From the NCBI GenBank assembly GCA_041664745.1, contig JBAYKD010000004.1, positions 1 to 59,506 of the forward strand: 59,506 bases of DNA. Direction: 5' to 3'. The position numbers and the translations under genes were made by a program. The notes under the pieces are model-generated. The model saw nothing but the letters and a program-made list of their open reading frames with translations, was not told where the DNA came from and made no database searches. Below are positions 46,701 to 55,271 of the stretch, piece by piece (position 1 is the first letter of the stretch; every line of letters begins with the position of its first letter). The stretch is from Minisyncoccota bacterium (GTDB taxonomy: Bacteria > Patescibacteriota > Minisyncoccia > Phycocordibacterales > UBA9973).

Positions 46701-46810
46701 TTAATTTAATGCCAGAAGATACTCCTCCTTGTACTACGAGAACTGCTTCCACGTGTACATCGAGTCTTTACTTTAGTGGTGGAATGGGAATGAAGTGTAG
46801 ATTACCTTAA
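43724..46810 (+). CDS. large secreted protein (1028 aa) with a C-terminal Cys-bracketed DxDxDG motif
   Basis: Signal peptide ending LKASA. CSDGLDNDLDGLVDDLDPDC lies near the C-terminus. Confidence 0.55.
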   Translation: MKKRIAIKIIGGAIIFSFAMFFLGSFLPLKASAATTNKGLNWENPNKNGNNPYKFKPADVLNSQLIMQVVGCTGVVDKVSAAVVGFVQGKAGKVAAAALKQKTMDQITAAAVKACQSGKKITMGGVAGIPNLSLTDVVNLTDCKPIQKTADGQTVAAIVALKQDEAAAKTRDECFNGIAITLARNQLTAMTRYTMNWVNSGFSGNPMYVQDITRLTNKISQDALNAGVLELTKTDKAYPYGASFSTAIINNYKSEGALKNGANNFLANMTSTLNNFVTDPQSYKFTSTIKDKRTAAQKAKDLNKSFANDFSLGGWSGYLGLTMNEANNPLGFSMAVSQYLTDQAEEKKAATKNEVAQNNGFLSQKKCSLYNDLDKELLISKLSWLQSEATNACKDAVEVADCLDAKDLVKQKQYEISNFQRTCVTWDVVTPGSLIKDKVSTYVNSPERQLELADTINKSLNSLFTALITKFQDQGLSGLSSEKYQYTSTSMGGGPGSDSIDLFSDATGGSGYTNGSFDLTHDLGNRFIHGYKIDSVGNWNAKINEPQLSIGVAPLMDDGKTPWEPNVFYTVKNGVDSNGKGIVGQTKLFENGYNNWENGDRAFWDGTEWQNWKKTTVDKNGIMLNTSPIAKRGVIQIQKDYVVAAKQILASLPIIMPQIGELDYCLPGPNPNFQGISADTSALFSDFSGSVTAEFKKGSLFKRKSNTYSIATFGDPQFDDYYNVFKLTDYTWWQKVTQTDYWNRLQAYGNAGTVKGSQKNLDNFQQGIDDLLEKINTDTKIFYDVYAQYIDKAYGPNSLMQTQFFKREDTPDLIPNPAWLPMASEGLDITKDIVAYNDDIITTANDYKDSIIKADANVSKLSEIKNKVSAIIIAAQKRRNDKLIATLKQEAIDSKGPILTEAQYKEKYKNCLAEEQIVYYDDLSIMGTPNDEKNRCSDGLDNDLDGLVDDLDPDCNGNKVIPPPNYTCVTDLTDYPATEDDPGGIFIQNEVDLNLMPEDTPPCTTRTASTCTSSLYFSGGMGMKCRLP

Positions 46811-46851
46811 GTACAAATAATAGTTTTTAGAAAAATAATACAAACAAATTT

Positions 46852-49800
46852 ATGGAAAATAACCCCAAAAAAAGCAAGGCATTCATAATAGCATTTATAT
46901 TGATTCTACTACTTTTGTTAGGAGGTTATTATCTATTTGCAAACAGAGCAACAATCTTTGACACTAAAGGAGTGGTGACCATGCAAAAAGTTTTCGCCCC
47001 ACTTCTAGGAACTTCCAAGAATAAAGATTTGAGTGTCATTGGTGGAACAGATACAACTTCTACTACGGGTAAAACAATTACAGGCGTAATAAACACAGAT
47101 CAAAATGGCAACAAGGTTATCCAAGTGGAAGCAGGTGAAAACTTAAAAAAGGGTGATGTACTTTATATAGCATCATTTAATAAAAACAATGCTCCAATAG
47201 TAATGAAGGCAATAGCAAATGATAAGAATAAATCTTTGGTCTTTGGAGTAGCAGGGGAAGATATAAACAAGGGTGCTACGGGCCACATAATAATAGAAGG
47301 AATTTTGAGTGGTATCCCCACAAATAGAACCGAGGTAACCGCTTGGACGCCCAAAAATCCACTTTATTTGAGTGATAAAATATATGGGGGAATGACAAAA
47401 AATCCTCCTCTAGCTCCATCCTTTGTAATTCCAGTAGGAAGTGTTATCAGTATTGACGCTATTAATGGATCGATCCGCGTAGGGGGAATACTAAATGACA
47501 CAAACATACCAGAAGATAATAAAACTAATTTAAATAAACTAAATGGGAACTTCTTGAACAGTTCTAATGGTAGTATTCGTGATTACTATGATTCAGTTTT
47601 TGGAATTAATACTAATAACAAAGTTACAGTTACAGACAATAATAATGGATTTATACTTAACCCTATTACTGTTCCTGGGTCTAGTGGTTTTTCAAGTAAT
47701 TTACCAACAGTAACAGCAGTTGCTTCGCCAGCATCTGTAGTTAGAGGAGGGTCTTCGGTTATAAGTTGGATATCTACAAAGGCAACAGTTTGTAATGCTG
47801 GAACAGGCAATGGAACAGGTGCAACTGGATCATTCAAAACAGGAACCCTTACAAAAAGTAAATCATTTACGATTTCTTGTACTGGAGCAAATGGATCCAA
47901 AAGTAGTGGAAATACTTTCGTCGCAGTTGTTGCTCCAGGAACTTGTATAAACAAAGCAACAAACTATCCAGCTTGTGACAACATTACGACTTGTTTAAAT
48001 GGAGCAACGAACCCTCCGGCCTGTACTACTAATCCTAAGGTGTGTACAAACGGGGCAACGAATCCTCCAACTTGTACTATTGTTAATGTTTGTATAAACG
48101 GGGCAACGAATTACCCAGTTTGTGATAATATTACAACTTGTTTGAATGGAGCAACTGATTACCCTACATGTGGAAATAATCCTAAAATATGTACAAATGG
48201 TAGTAAAAACCCTCCAGAATGTGCTGGTCCTAAAGTATGTACAAACAAGGCAACTAACTACCCAGCTTGTGATGATTCTAATAAATGTTTTAATGGGGCA
48301 TCAGACTATCCTACTTGTAAAATTGGAATAAAAATTTGTATGAATGGAGCAACGAATCCTCCAACTTGTACTAATCCAAATGTATGTATAAACGGTGGAA
48401 CCAATTATCCAGTTTGCACTCCTCCTGTTGGCCAATGTTTCAATGGAGCAACGAACCCTCCGGCTTGTGATAGTCCTATAAAAATTTGTATGAACGGGGC
48501 AACGAATCCTCCTGCCTGTGATAACCCTGATAAAACATGTACAAATGGATCTACAAATTATCCTGCCTGTGATAATATTGCAACCCTTTTCCCTTCCGTA
48601 AAAGTTACAGCAAAACCAACATCTATTAAAGAGGGTGGCACGACTGTTATTAGTTGGACTTCTACTAAGGCAATCTCGTGTGATGCAGGTGCGGGCAATG
48701 GAAAGGGCACAACTGGATCATTCAAAACAGGAGTTCTTACAACAAATACTTCTTATAGTGTAGTTTGTATTGACGCGAAAGGATCTAAGGGAAGTGGAAA
48801 TGTTTATGTTACAGTTAGTCCTATTGTTATAAATAAACCAGAGTGCAGTGATAAAATAGATAACAACAACGACAAATTAATAGATGAAAAAGATCCTAAT
48901 TGTCATGTGGGTGGTCTGCTTACTGGTAAATATCTTCCAACACATTATTCTGAAACTAACCCACCGTTTTCTGCAAACCCTCAGTGTTCAGATGATATAG
49001 ACAATAATAATAATGGGCTTATAGACTTCCAAGACCCTAATTGTCACATCGGCGGAGTACTCACTGGTAAATATGAACCAAAACATTATTCAGAAGATAT
49101 TCCACCATATGACACCAGTAATACTTGGCCAAGTATAAAATTAAAAGCTACTCCTATTTCTATCAAGGCAGGAGAAACTTCGACTATTAGCTGGACATCA
49201 ATGAATACTACATCTTGTTACGCAGGTATTGGTGCAAGTACTAACCCTAATGGATCATTCATAACAGAAGCTTTATCAGAAAGTAGATCATATACTGTAA
49301 CTTGTAAGGGTGATAAAGGTGAAGTAAGTAGTGATGCTTTTGTAAACGTCTTAGATGTTTATAAATTCCCAGTTGTAACTGTAACCGCCACCCCAACATC
49401 AGTTGATTCAGGAAAAACTTCAAAAATTAGTTGGACTTCTACAAACGCAACTAGTTGTAACGCAGGTATAGGTAGAGGAACAGGAACGACTGGATCTTTT
49501 GACACAGGACCTCTTGTTAAAGCTACTTCTTATACTATTACTTGTATCGGACCAAATGGACAAAAAGGGGGTAATACTAGTGTCAGTATTAATGGTGGTG
49601 GAGGTGATGGAAGTGGAAAACCACAGTGTAATGATGGAATTGATAATAATGGCAACAGATTAATAGATATGAATGAACCTAATTGTCACCTAGGTGCAGA
49701 TTTAAACAAAGAATATATACCTCTTCACGACTCTGAAGATACTCCTCCAACAGAATGTAGTGATGGGATAGATAATGATGGGGATGGTTTTATAGATAAA

Positions 49801-50640
49801 GATGACCCAAACTGTCATCTAACTGGTGATTTGAATAAAGAATATATCCCTACACATAACTCTGAAAGTGTTTCGCCAACACAGTGTAGTGATGGTAAAG
49901 ATAATGATGGGGATGGGAAAATAGACGCAGAAGATCCTAATTGTCACACAGATGGAGACATAACTAAAGAGTATGTATCTACTTGGAACTCAGAAGTAGA
50001 TTCTCCTAAATCACCCTATGAAAATACTTGTAAGGTTATAGATAGTAACCCATTAGAATTTACTGATGTAGAGAAGGCTCAACTTGATGAACTCCTTCGT
50101 AAGTTCTACCTTATTGCCCCAAACCTTCGAACAGAAGATGATATAAATATTGCTTATAGTGAAATTACTCAGTATCAAAATTTCTCTGACCACTTAAAGA
50201 CACTAATAAATCAATGTTATAAACAAACTGCTGATCCAGCTTATATAACAGCTAGTGGAGCTACTACAAGATATGGAAACCCTTGGTATAAATATAGTAC
50301 CTTGAGAGGTTCTTATATAGATAAAAACTTTGATTGTAAATACGTATCAGGCTGGTTCTCTGGAAATGGAGCAGATGGAAAAAATTGTGATACTTATAAT
50401 ACACAAATATATGCCTTGAAGCCTGCATCATGTAATGGTTCTCTAAGACTATACAACGTCACCAGTAATGACTCTACTTGGCAAAGCCATTCTAGCCTTT
50501 ATTATGCAAATATAGCGGCTAGACAGGGAAACATTCAGGCACAACAAGACATAATATATGCCAATGGGTTAAAGAATAAATGTGTATGGAATCCAGGAGC
50601 AAAAATTGCCGATTTGGAGAAGATTTTCAATGTTTGGTAA
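46852..50640 (+). CDS. giant secreted repeat protein (1262 aa)
   Basis: N-terminal TM/signal anchor, 13 CxNGATN(P/Y)PxC repeats, 4 Ig-like modules with a conserved ISW..T.A.SC pattern, 5 CxDGxDNxxDxxIDxxDPNCH units, and a Cys-containing C-terminal domain. Confidence 0.6.
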   Translation: MENNPKKSKAFIIAFILILLLLLGGYYLFANRATIFDTKGVVTMQKVFAPLLGTSKNKDLSVIGGTDTTSTTGKTITGVINTDQNGNKVIQVEAGENLKKGDVLYIASFNKNNAPIVMKAIANDKNKSLVFGVAGEDINKGATGHIIIEGILSGIPTNRTEVTAWTPKNPLYLSDKIYGGMTKNPPLAPSFVIPVGSVISIDAINGSIRVGGILNDTNIPEDNKTNLNKLNGNFLNSSNGSIRDYYDSVFGINTNNKVTVTDNNNGFILNPITVPGSSGFSSNLPTVTAVASPASVVRGGSSVISWISTKATVCNAGTGNGTGATGSFKTGTLTKSKSFTISCTGANGSKSSGNTFVAVVAPGTCINKATNYPACDNITTCLNGATNPPACTTNPKVCTNGATNPPTCTIVNVCINGATNYPVCDNITTCLNGATDYPTCGNNPKICTNGSKNPPECAGPKVCTNKATNYPACDDSNKCFNGASDYPTCKIGIKICMNGATNPPTCTNPNVCINGGTNYPVCTPPVGQCFNGATNPPACDSPIKICMNGATNPPACDNPDKTCTNGSTNYPACDNIATLFPSVKVTAKPTSIKEGGTTVISWTSTKAISCDAGAGNGKGTTGSFKTGVLTTNTSYSVVCIDAKGSKGSGNVYVTVSPIVINKPECSDKIDNNNDKLIDEKDPNCHVGGLLTGKYLPTHYSETNPPFSANPQCSDDIDNNNNGLIDFQDPNCHIGGVLTGKYEPKHYSEDIPPYDTSNTWPSIKLKATPISIKAGETSTISWTSMNTTSCYAGIGASTNPNGSFITEALSESRSYTVTCKGDKGEVSSDAFVNVLDVYKFPVVTVTATPTSVDSGKTSKISWTSTNATSCNAGIGRGTGTTGSFDTGPLVKATSYTITCIGPNGQKGGNTSVSINGGGGDGSGKPQCNDGIDNNGNRLIDMNEPNCHLGADLNKEYIPLHDSEDTPPTECSDGIDNDGDGFIDKDDPNCHLTGDLNKEYIPTHNSESVSPTQCSDGKDNDGDGKIDAEDPNCHTDGDITKEYVSTWNSEVDSPKSPYENTCKVIDSNPLEFTDVEKAQLDELLRKFYLIAPNLRTEDDINIAYSEITQYQNFSDHLKTLINQCYKQTADPAYITASGATTRYGNPWYKYSTLRGSYIDKNFDCKYVSGWFSGNGADGKNCDTYNTQIYALKPASCNGSLRLYNVTSNDSTWQSHSSLYYANIAARQGNIQAQQDIIYANGLKNKCVWNPGAKIADLEKIFNVW
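47944..48570 (+). repeat. coding tandem array of 13 Cys-bracketed ~15-16-aa repeats
   Basis: C365-C573 of the 1262-aa protein, e.g. CLNGATNPPAC, CTNGATNPPTC, CINGATNYPVC, CMNGATNPPAC. Confidence 0.85.
48844..49992 (+). repeat. five coding copies of a Cys-bracketed DxDxDG-like unit, interleaved with two Ig-like modules
   Basis: CSDKIDNNNDKLIDEKDPNCH, CSDDIDNNNNGLIDFQDPNCH, CNDGIDNNGNRLIDMNEPNCH, CSDGIDNDGDGFIDKDDPNCH, CSDGKDNDGDGKIDAEDPNCH. Each is followed by a ..K(E)Y.P.H.SE tail. Confidence 0.8.
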
Positions 50641-50727
50641 AAGAAGAATGGTTACGGCTTAAAGAATAATAAGGGTTAAAAATTAAATTCGTAATTAAAA
50701 TGTTATAATGGTTTTGTTAGAAAAAGA

Positions 50728-53667
50728 ATGAAAAAGATTTTATCTTATATTTTAATAACATTAATACTTTCCGCGAACTTCCTCGCGCCTATTAGTGTTG
50801 GGTTTAGTGGAAAAAATATAGAGATTAAAAGGAATATAACAGAAGCATATGATGCAAAACTTGCTGCAACTTTTACTAATACAGACACTGTAATAGCAGG
50901 AACAATAAAAGTTAATGAAGGTGCTGAAACATACAATGCTAGTGTTGGTGGTTCTGTTCTTCTTATACTCCAACTATCTCTTACAGAAGACTCATCAGGT
51001 GATATTTTGGGTTTTGATGGTAAAAAAACTGCATATCCAAAGGAAGTAGTAGTCACATGGAAAGACATGCAGGGTGATGGACAAAAATTTGAATATAACG
51101 GATTAAATCCTTTGGGGGAATATACTTTCAGTGCTGTAGTGGTAGAGAAAACAACAACCAGTACAGAATCTTATTCTGATTCAGTAGAAAAAGACATAGC
51201 TGGTATGCCACCACTATCTATCGCTTTAAATAAAAAAGGTGATCAAACTGTGGTTGACGCAGGAAAAACAGAAGTTGAAGTTGCATCTCCTAAAAATGCT
51301 CTACCTGGTTGTGGTGTAACTGGGAATAATACAATAATGGGTTGTGTAGTTCAAGGATTTTATTATATTTTATTTGTGCCAACTTCATACTTATTTGCTC
51401 TTGCTGGTACAGCGTTTGATTATACTTTTGCATATTCTGTTCAAGATACATCTTATAAATCAGCTTTTGTAGTACAAGGATGGGGGCTCATTCGTGACCT
51501 TTGTAATATGTTTTTTATCTTCATAATGCTTTATGTTGCAATAGGGACAACACTAAGTTTACACAGTATGAAAACCAAGGAGACTATTGTGAATGTTGTC
51601 ATCATAGGACTCTTTATAAATTTTAGTCTTTTTGCCACTCAACTTATCATAGATGCTTCAAATATTACAGCGAGGGTATTTTATAATTCAAATGCGATCA
51701 CAATTACAGAAAAAGATGCAAATGGGGTCACAAATGCAACGCCAGGGCTTAAGGTTGGAGAGGGTGGAATTATTCCTCTTTCTGCTGCTTTGGTAAATAA
51801 AGTTAATCCTCAAAATTTAATTTTTAGTGCCGATAAAATTAATTCTATTCAAAATAATACTGGATCAACTATATCTGAAGATACTAGTTCTAAGGGCTTA
51901 GGAATTGGACAATTTATTTTAATCATTATTATGGCTTCGGCTGTAAATATTGTGGGGTTTACAGTATTCTTAACCATCGCCCTTCTATTTATTGCTCGTG
52001 TTATAGGACTTTGGCTCGCTATGATTCTCTCTCCTCTTGCATTCTTTACTTATATACTACCGGAAATGGCTGGAACTAAAATGATAGGGTGGAAAAATTG
52101 GTGGCCGGATACTCTCAAAATGGCGTTTCTCGCTCCTGTATTCATATTCTTTATGTATATTATTCTCAAATTCCTTCAAGCGGATTTGATATCAGACATA
52201 GCTAGTAAATCACTCTCTGGTGATGGATTAGGTTACTTTGTTGCTATTCTTGTTCCTTTTGCTTTTATTATGATCCTCATGATAAAAGCAAAAAAAATAG
52301 CAGTAGATATGTCAGGAGAATTTGGAGAAATGGCTACAAAGGCAGGCTCAGCTTTAGGTGGTATGGCTCTAGGTGGCGCTGTTGGTGCTGGAGCATTTGC
52401 AATGCGAGGGACGATTGGTGCACTAGGAGATAAAGTAGCTAATAATGATTGGCTTAAAACACATGGAGGACGATTGGGTAATCTGGCCAGGGATGCTGGT
52501 AAATGGACGGCTAGTAAGTCATTTGATGCTAGAAACACAAAACTTGGAGGTGATGCAATGAAGGGTATGGGAGTAGATGCAGGCAAAGCAAAAGAAGGTG
52601 GATATGCTAAACACAAAGCAGAAATTACAGAAAAGAGGCGAGAAAGAGCAGAGTCAAAGAAGCTTGGGAACAACACACCTGAAGTACAACAATTACATAA
52701 ATCTGAAGAAGATTTAGCTAACCTAAAAAATACAGCTAAAAACGATACAGATAGAATTGATGGAACACTCGCAGCAAAGAGACTTGTGGCAAGTGATGCA
52801 AGCCAGAAATTAACATCAGCAAATGCAAAACTTGCAAGAGCTGAAAAAGATGCAGAAAACTTAGACAAGGATCCAAATGCAACACAAACACAAAAAGACG
52901 CAGCAAAAGCTGAAATAGCAAAAGCACAAATAGAAGCAAAGGCAGCACAAGATTACTTTGATACCAATGCTAAAACAATAGCAGATCTAACTCAAGAAAG
53001 AATAGAACTAAATAGTGGAACTGGTAGACATTGGGATAAAACCTCAGACGGTAAGGTGCACGAAATAACATATAATAAATTCAAAGAAGATGCAGAGAAT
53101 AAAAAAGCGTCAGTTGAATCAATGGAAACCAACCTTGATACTGATATTCAAGCTGCAAAAGATAAGGTTACAAATGATATTGCTCAATCTGAGGCTGAAT
53201 TAAATAAACTCAAACAAGCATTGGCAGACGAGACGGCCATAGCAAACCCTGCATCACCTCAAGACATGGCTCTTCTACAAAAAACCAAAGATGAAGTAGC
53301 AAAAGCAGAAGCTTCATTTAATACATTAAATAATTCTAAGGATGCAGCAATGACTGCTGCTGAAAGTGAAGTAAAGGCTGCGTTAGAAAAAGCAAAAACA
53401 GAAAATGTAGCAGCACAAAAAACATTTGGAGATATAGAGAAAGCAAGAGCAGCAAAAGGCTTCTCTGATTCAAACCCAGACAAACAAAGATCTCTTGATG
53501 GTTTAAGTCTAAAGATTATTCCACACGAACACCATCATGTAGAAGAAATAAATGCTGGAAGAGTAAATAAATATGCTGAAACAATAAGAGGTAGATGGTT
53601 TAACAAAGAAGCAAATGACGTAGCTGCTCATGAAGCTATAATGAGATCTGAGATTAAGAAGCATTAA
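50728..53667 (+). CDS. VirB6/TrbL-like polytopic membrane protein with an N-terminal ectodomain and a long Ala/Lys/Glu-rich C-terminal tail
   Basis: Signal peptide, a ~200-aa soluble region, at least six hydrophobic helices between about aa 210 and 560, then a ~400-aa low-complexity coiled-coil-like tail. It sits just upstream of the VirB3/VirB4 homologs. Confidence 0.55.
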   Translation: MKKILSYILITLILSANFLAPISVGFSGKNIEIKRNITEAYDAKLAATFTNTDTVIAGTIKVNEGAETYNASVGGSVLLILQLSLTEDSSGDILGFDGKKTAYPKEVVVTWKDMQGDGQKFEYNGLNPLGEYTFSAVVVEKTTTSTESYSDSVEKDIAGMPPLSIALNKKGDQTVVDAGKTEVEVASPKNALPGCGVTGNNTIMGCVVQGFYYILFVPTSYLFALAGTAFDYTFAYSVQDTSYKSAFVVQGWGLIRDLCNMFFIFIMLYVAIGTTLSLHSMKTKETIVNVVIIGLFINFSLFATQLIIDASNITARVFYNSNAITITEKDANGVTNATPGLKVGEGGIIPLSAALVNKVNPQNLIFSADKINSIQNNTGSTISEDTSSKGLGIGQFILIIIMASAVNIVGFTVFLTIALLFIARVIGLWLAMILSPLAFFTYILPEMAGTKMIGWKNWWPDTLKMAFLAPVFIFFMYIILKFLQADLISDIASKSLSGDGLGYFVAILVPFAFIMILMIKAKKIAVDMSGEFGEMATKAGSALGGMALGGAVGAGAFAMRGTIGALGDKVANNDWLKTHGGRLGNLARDAGKWTASKSFDARNTKLGGDAMKGMGVDAGKAKEGGYAKHKAEITEKRRERAESKKLGNNTPEVQQLHKSEEDLANLKNTAKNDTDRIDGTLAAKRLVASDASQKLTSANAKLARAEKDAENLDKDPNATQTQKDAAKAEIAKAQIEAKAAQDYFDTNAKTIADLTQERIELNSGTGRHWDKTSDGKVHEITYNKFKEDAENKKASVESMETNLDTDIQAAKDKVTNDIAQSEAELNKLKQALADETAIANPASPQDMALLQKTKDEVAKAEASFNTLNNSKDAAMTAAESEVKAALEKAKTENVAAQKTFGDIEKARAAKGFSDSNPDKQRSLDGLSLKIIPHEHHHVEEINAGRVNKYAETIRGRWFNKEANDVAAHEAIMRSEIKKH

Positions 53668-53675
53668 AATAATTT

Positions 53676-54083
53676 ATGACAGAAAAATTAGCACAAACAA
53701 TAAAAGAAGATCTTGTAAAACTACCACTTGAGGCACAAAAGGCTATTACTTCTTCTGGGTGGGAAGAGATTACTGAAATGATTGGCAGAAAATACTCACT
53801 ATTAGATGATGATGTAAACATAATACAACTTGAAGTTGGATTAGTGCTTCTGGGATATAATAAAATAAGTATGTTCGCACAAAATATTCGATCAAGTGCT
53901 GTTTTAGACGAAGAAACTGCTATGAATATATCAAAAGAATTAGACGAAAGGGTATTTACACCAATAGAACAAAGTATGCAGTCTTTGATTAAGATAAATC
54001 CACATTATAAAAATGTAAATTGGGATCAGACAATTAATTTCATCGTTTCAGGTGGGGATTATTCAGTTTTCTTAGATAAATAG
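53676..54083 (+). CDS. hypothetical protein carrying one copy of a ~95-aa domain shared with the next gene
   Basis: LPLEAQKAITSSGWEEITEMIGRKYSL...LEVGLVLLG parallels LTKESRAAIDAVSWKLIISGMNKKFNP...METELLLCG. Confidence 0.45.
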   Translation: MTEKLAQTIKEDLVKLPLEAQKAITSSGWEEITEMIGRKYSLLDDDVNIIQLEVGLVLLGYNKISMFAQNIRSSAVLDEETAMNISKELDERVFTPIEQSMQSLIKINPHYKNVNWDQTINFIVSGGDYSVFLDK

Positions 54084-54088
54084 TAATT

Positions 54089-55258
54089 ATGGACAAAACA
54101 ACAGACTCATTACAAATAGAAATAGACAAGGCGAGAGAGGGGCTCACCAAGGAAAGTCGTGCGGCTATTGATGCTGTCAGTTGGAAGTTAATAATTTCTG
54201 GAATGAATAAAAAGTTTAATCCTGAACAATTAGATTTTTTAGAAATGGAAACAGAATTACTTCTTTGTGGACTTGAAAGCACAACAAATTATACTAAGGA
54301 GTTGGAAAGTGGAATGAAAATATCTAGGGCAGATGTTGGTGTCCTAATAAACGAACTCGATAAACTAATTTTCAAAAAAATTCAAGAAGAATTGGAAAAT
54401 AGACTTAATGGGGGAAAGGGGAAAATAGTCTATAAAAATAAGCCTTTTGTTGTTGATCCACGTTTTATAAACCTACCTAAAGAGCTTCAAGAGGCTATTT
54501 CTTACTCAAACTGGAAAGAAAGAATGTATGATATAGCTAAAAAATTTAAACTTAATATTGAACAAACAGGACTCTTGGAAGAAATTACCATTAAGGTAAT
54601 ACTAAACACAATACACACAGATCAATATGAGGGTGAGATACGATCTAAAATAGATTTGGGGGATGACAAAATAAAAGAAATGGTTACAGATTTGAATGAA
54701 AATATTTTCAAAAATATCAAACAGATTATGGAAAATGCTTCTGCGTCTCTAAGTGAAGAGAAGAAAATTCCTGCTCCTCCTTATGTATCAAAAAAGGAAG
54801 TCGCCTCATCGGCGACCCGCCGAGAAGGCGGGATAAATGATGTTGTACCATTACCCCCAGTATCTTCGCCCCCTGCTAAGGGGGAGATGCCTAAAGGGCA
54901 GAGGGGGTCTGATTCAACTGACGTTTATAAAGAAGAAAAACCTGCTCAAAAAGAAATAGAAGACATTATTTCAAATAAAGGGGTAGGGAACAAAGAATCT
55001 GATATGTATAGAGAGCATGGAATAGAGATTATTTCTGAAGATGAAGTAATTCCAGAAATAAAAAAAGTAGAAAATAAAATGCCTTCTCCTTCTATGGGTA
55101 ATATTGTTGTAGAAAATACAAAAAAAGTAGATTCCAATATCATTGCGGATAAATTATTTGGAAACACAACAAGTAAAACAACTGTTAGCGACTACTCTCT
55201 ACCTAAAATTAGTAATGATCAAGAACATACTCATGATCCATATCATGAAGCAATTTAA
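54089..55258 (+). CDS. hypothetical protein with two copies of the same domain plus a Pro-rich, GC-rich insert
   Basis: The second copy is LPKELQEAISYSNWKERMYDIAKKFKL...EEITIKVILN. The GC-rich patch at 54800-54905 encodes VASSATRREGGINDVVPLPPVSSPPAKGE. Confidence 0.45.
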   Translation: MDKTTDSLQIEIDKAREGLTKESRAAIDAVSWKLIISGMNKKFNPEQLDFLEMETELLLCGLESTTNYTKELESGMKISRADVGVLINELDKLIFKKIQEELENRLNGGKGKIVYKNKPFVVDPRFINLPKELQEAISYSNWKERMYDIAKKFKLNIEQTGLLEEITIKVILNTIHTDQYEGEIRSKIDLGDDKIKEMVTDLNENIFKNIKQIMENASASLSEEKKIPAPPYVSKKEVASSATRREGGINDVVPLPPVSSPPAKGEMPKGQRGSDSTDVYKEEKPAQKEIEDIISNKGVGNKESDMYREHGIEIISEDEVIPEIKKVENKMPSPSMGNIVVENTKKVDSNIIADKLFGNTTSKTTVSDYSLPKISNDQEHTHDPYHEAI

Positions 55259-55271
55259 ATAATTAATATTT

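Noticed and set aside
47944-48570. Regularly spaced DNA repeats that could be mistaken for a CRISPR array.
   Set aside because: The repeats are degenerate at the DNA level, lie in one long open frame, and encode a coherent Cys-bracketed peptide repeat. No CRISPR-like array or cas gene is seen anywhere in the window.
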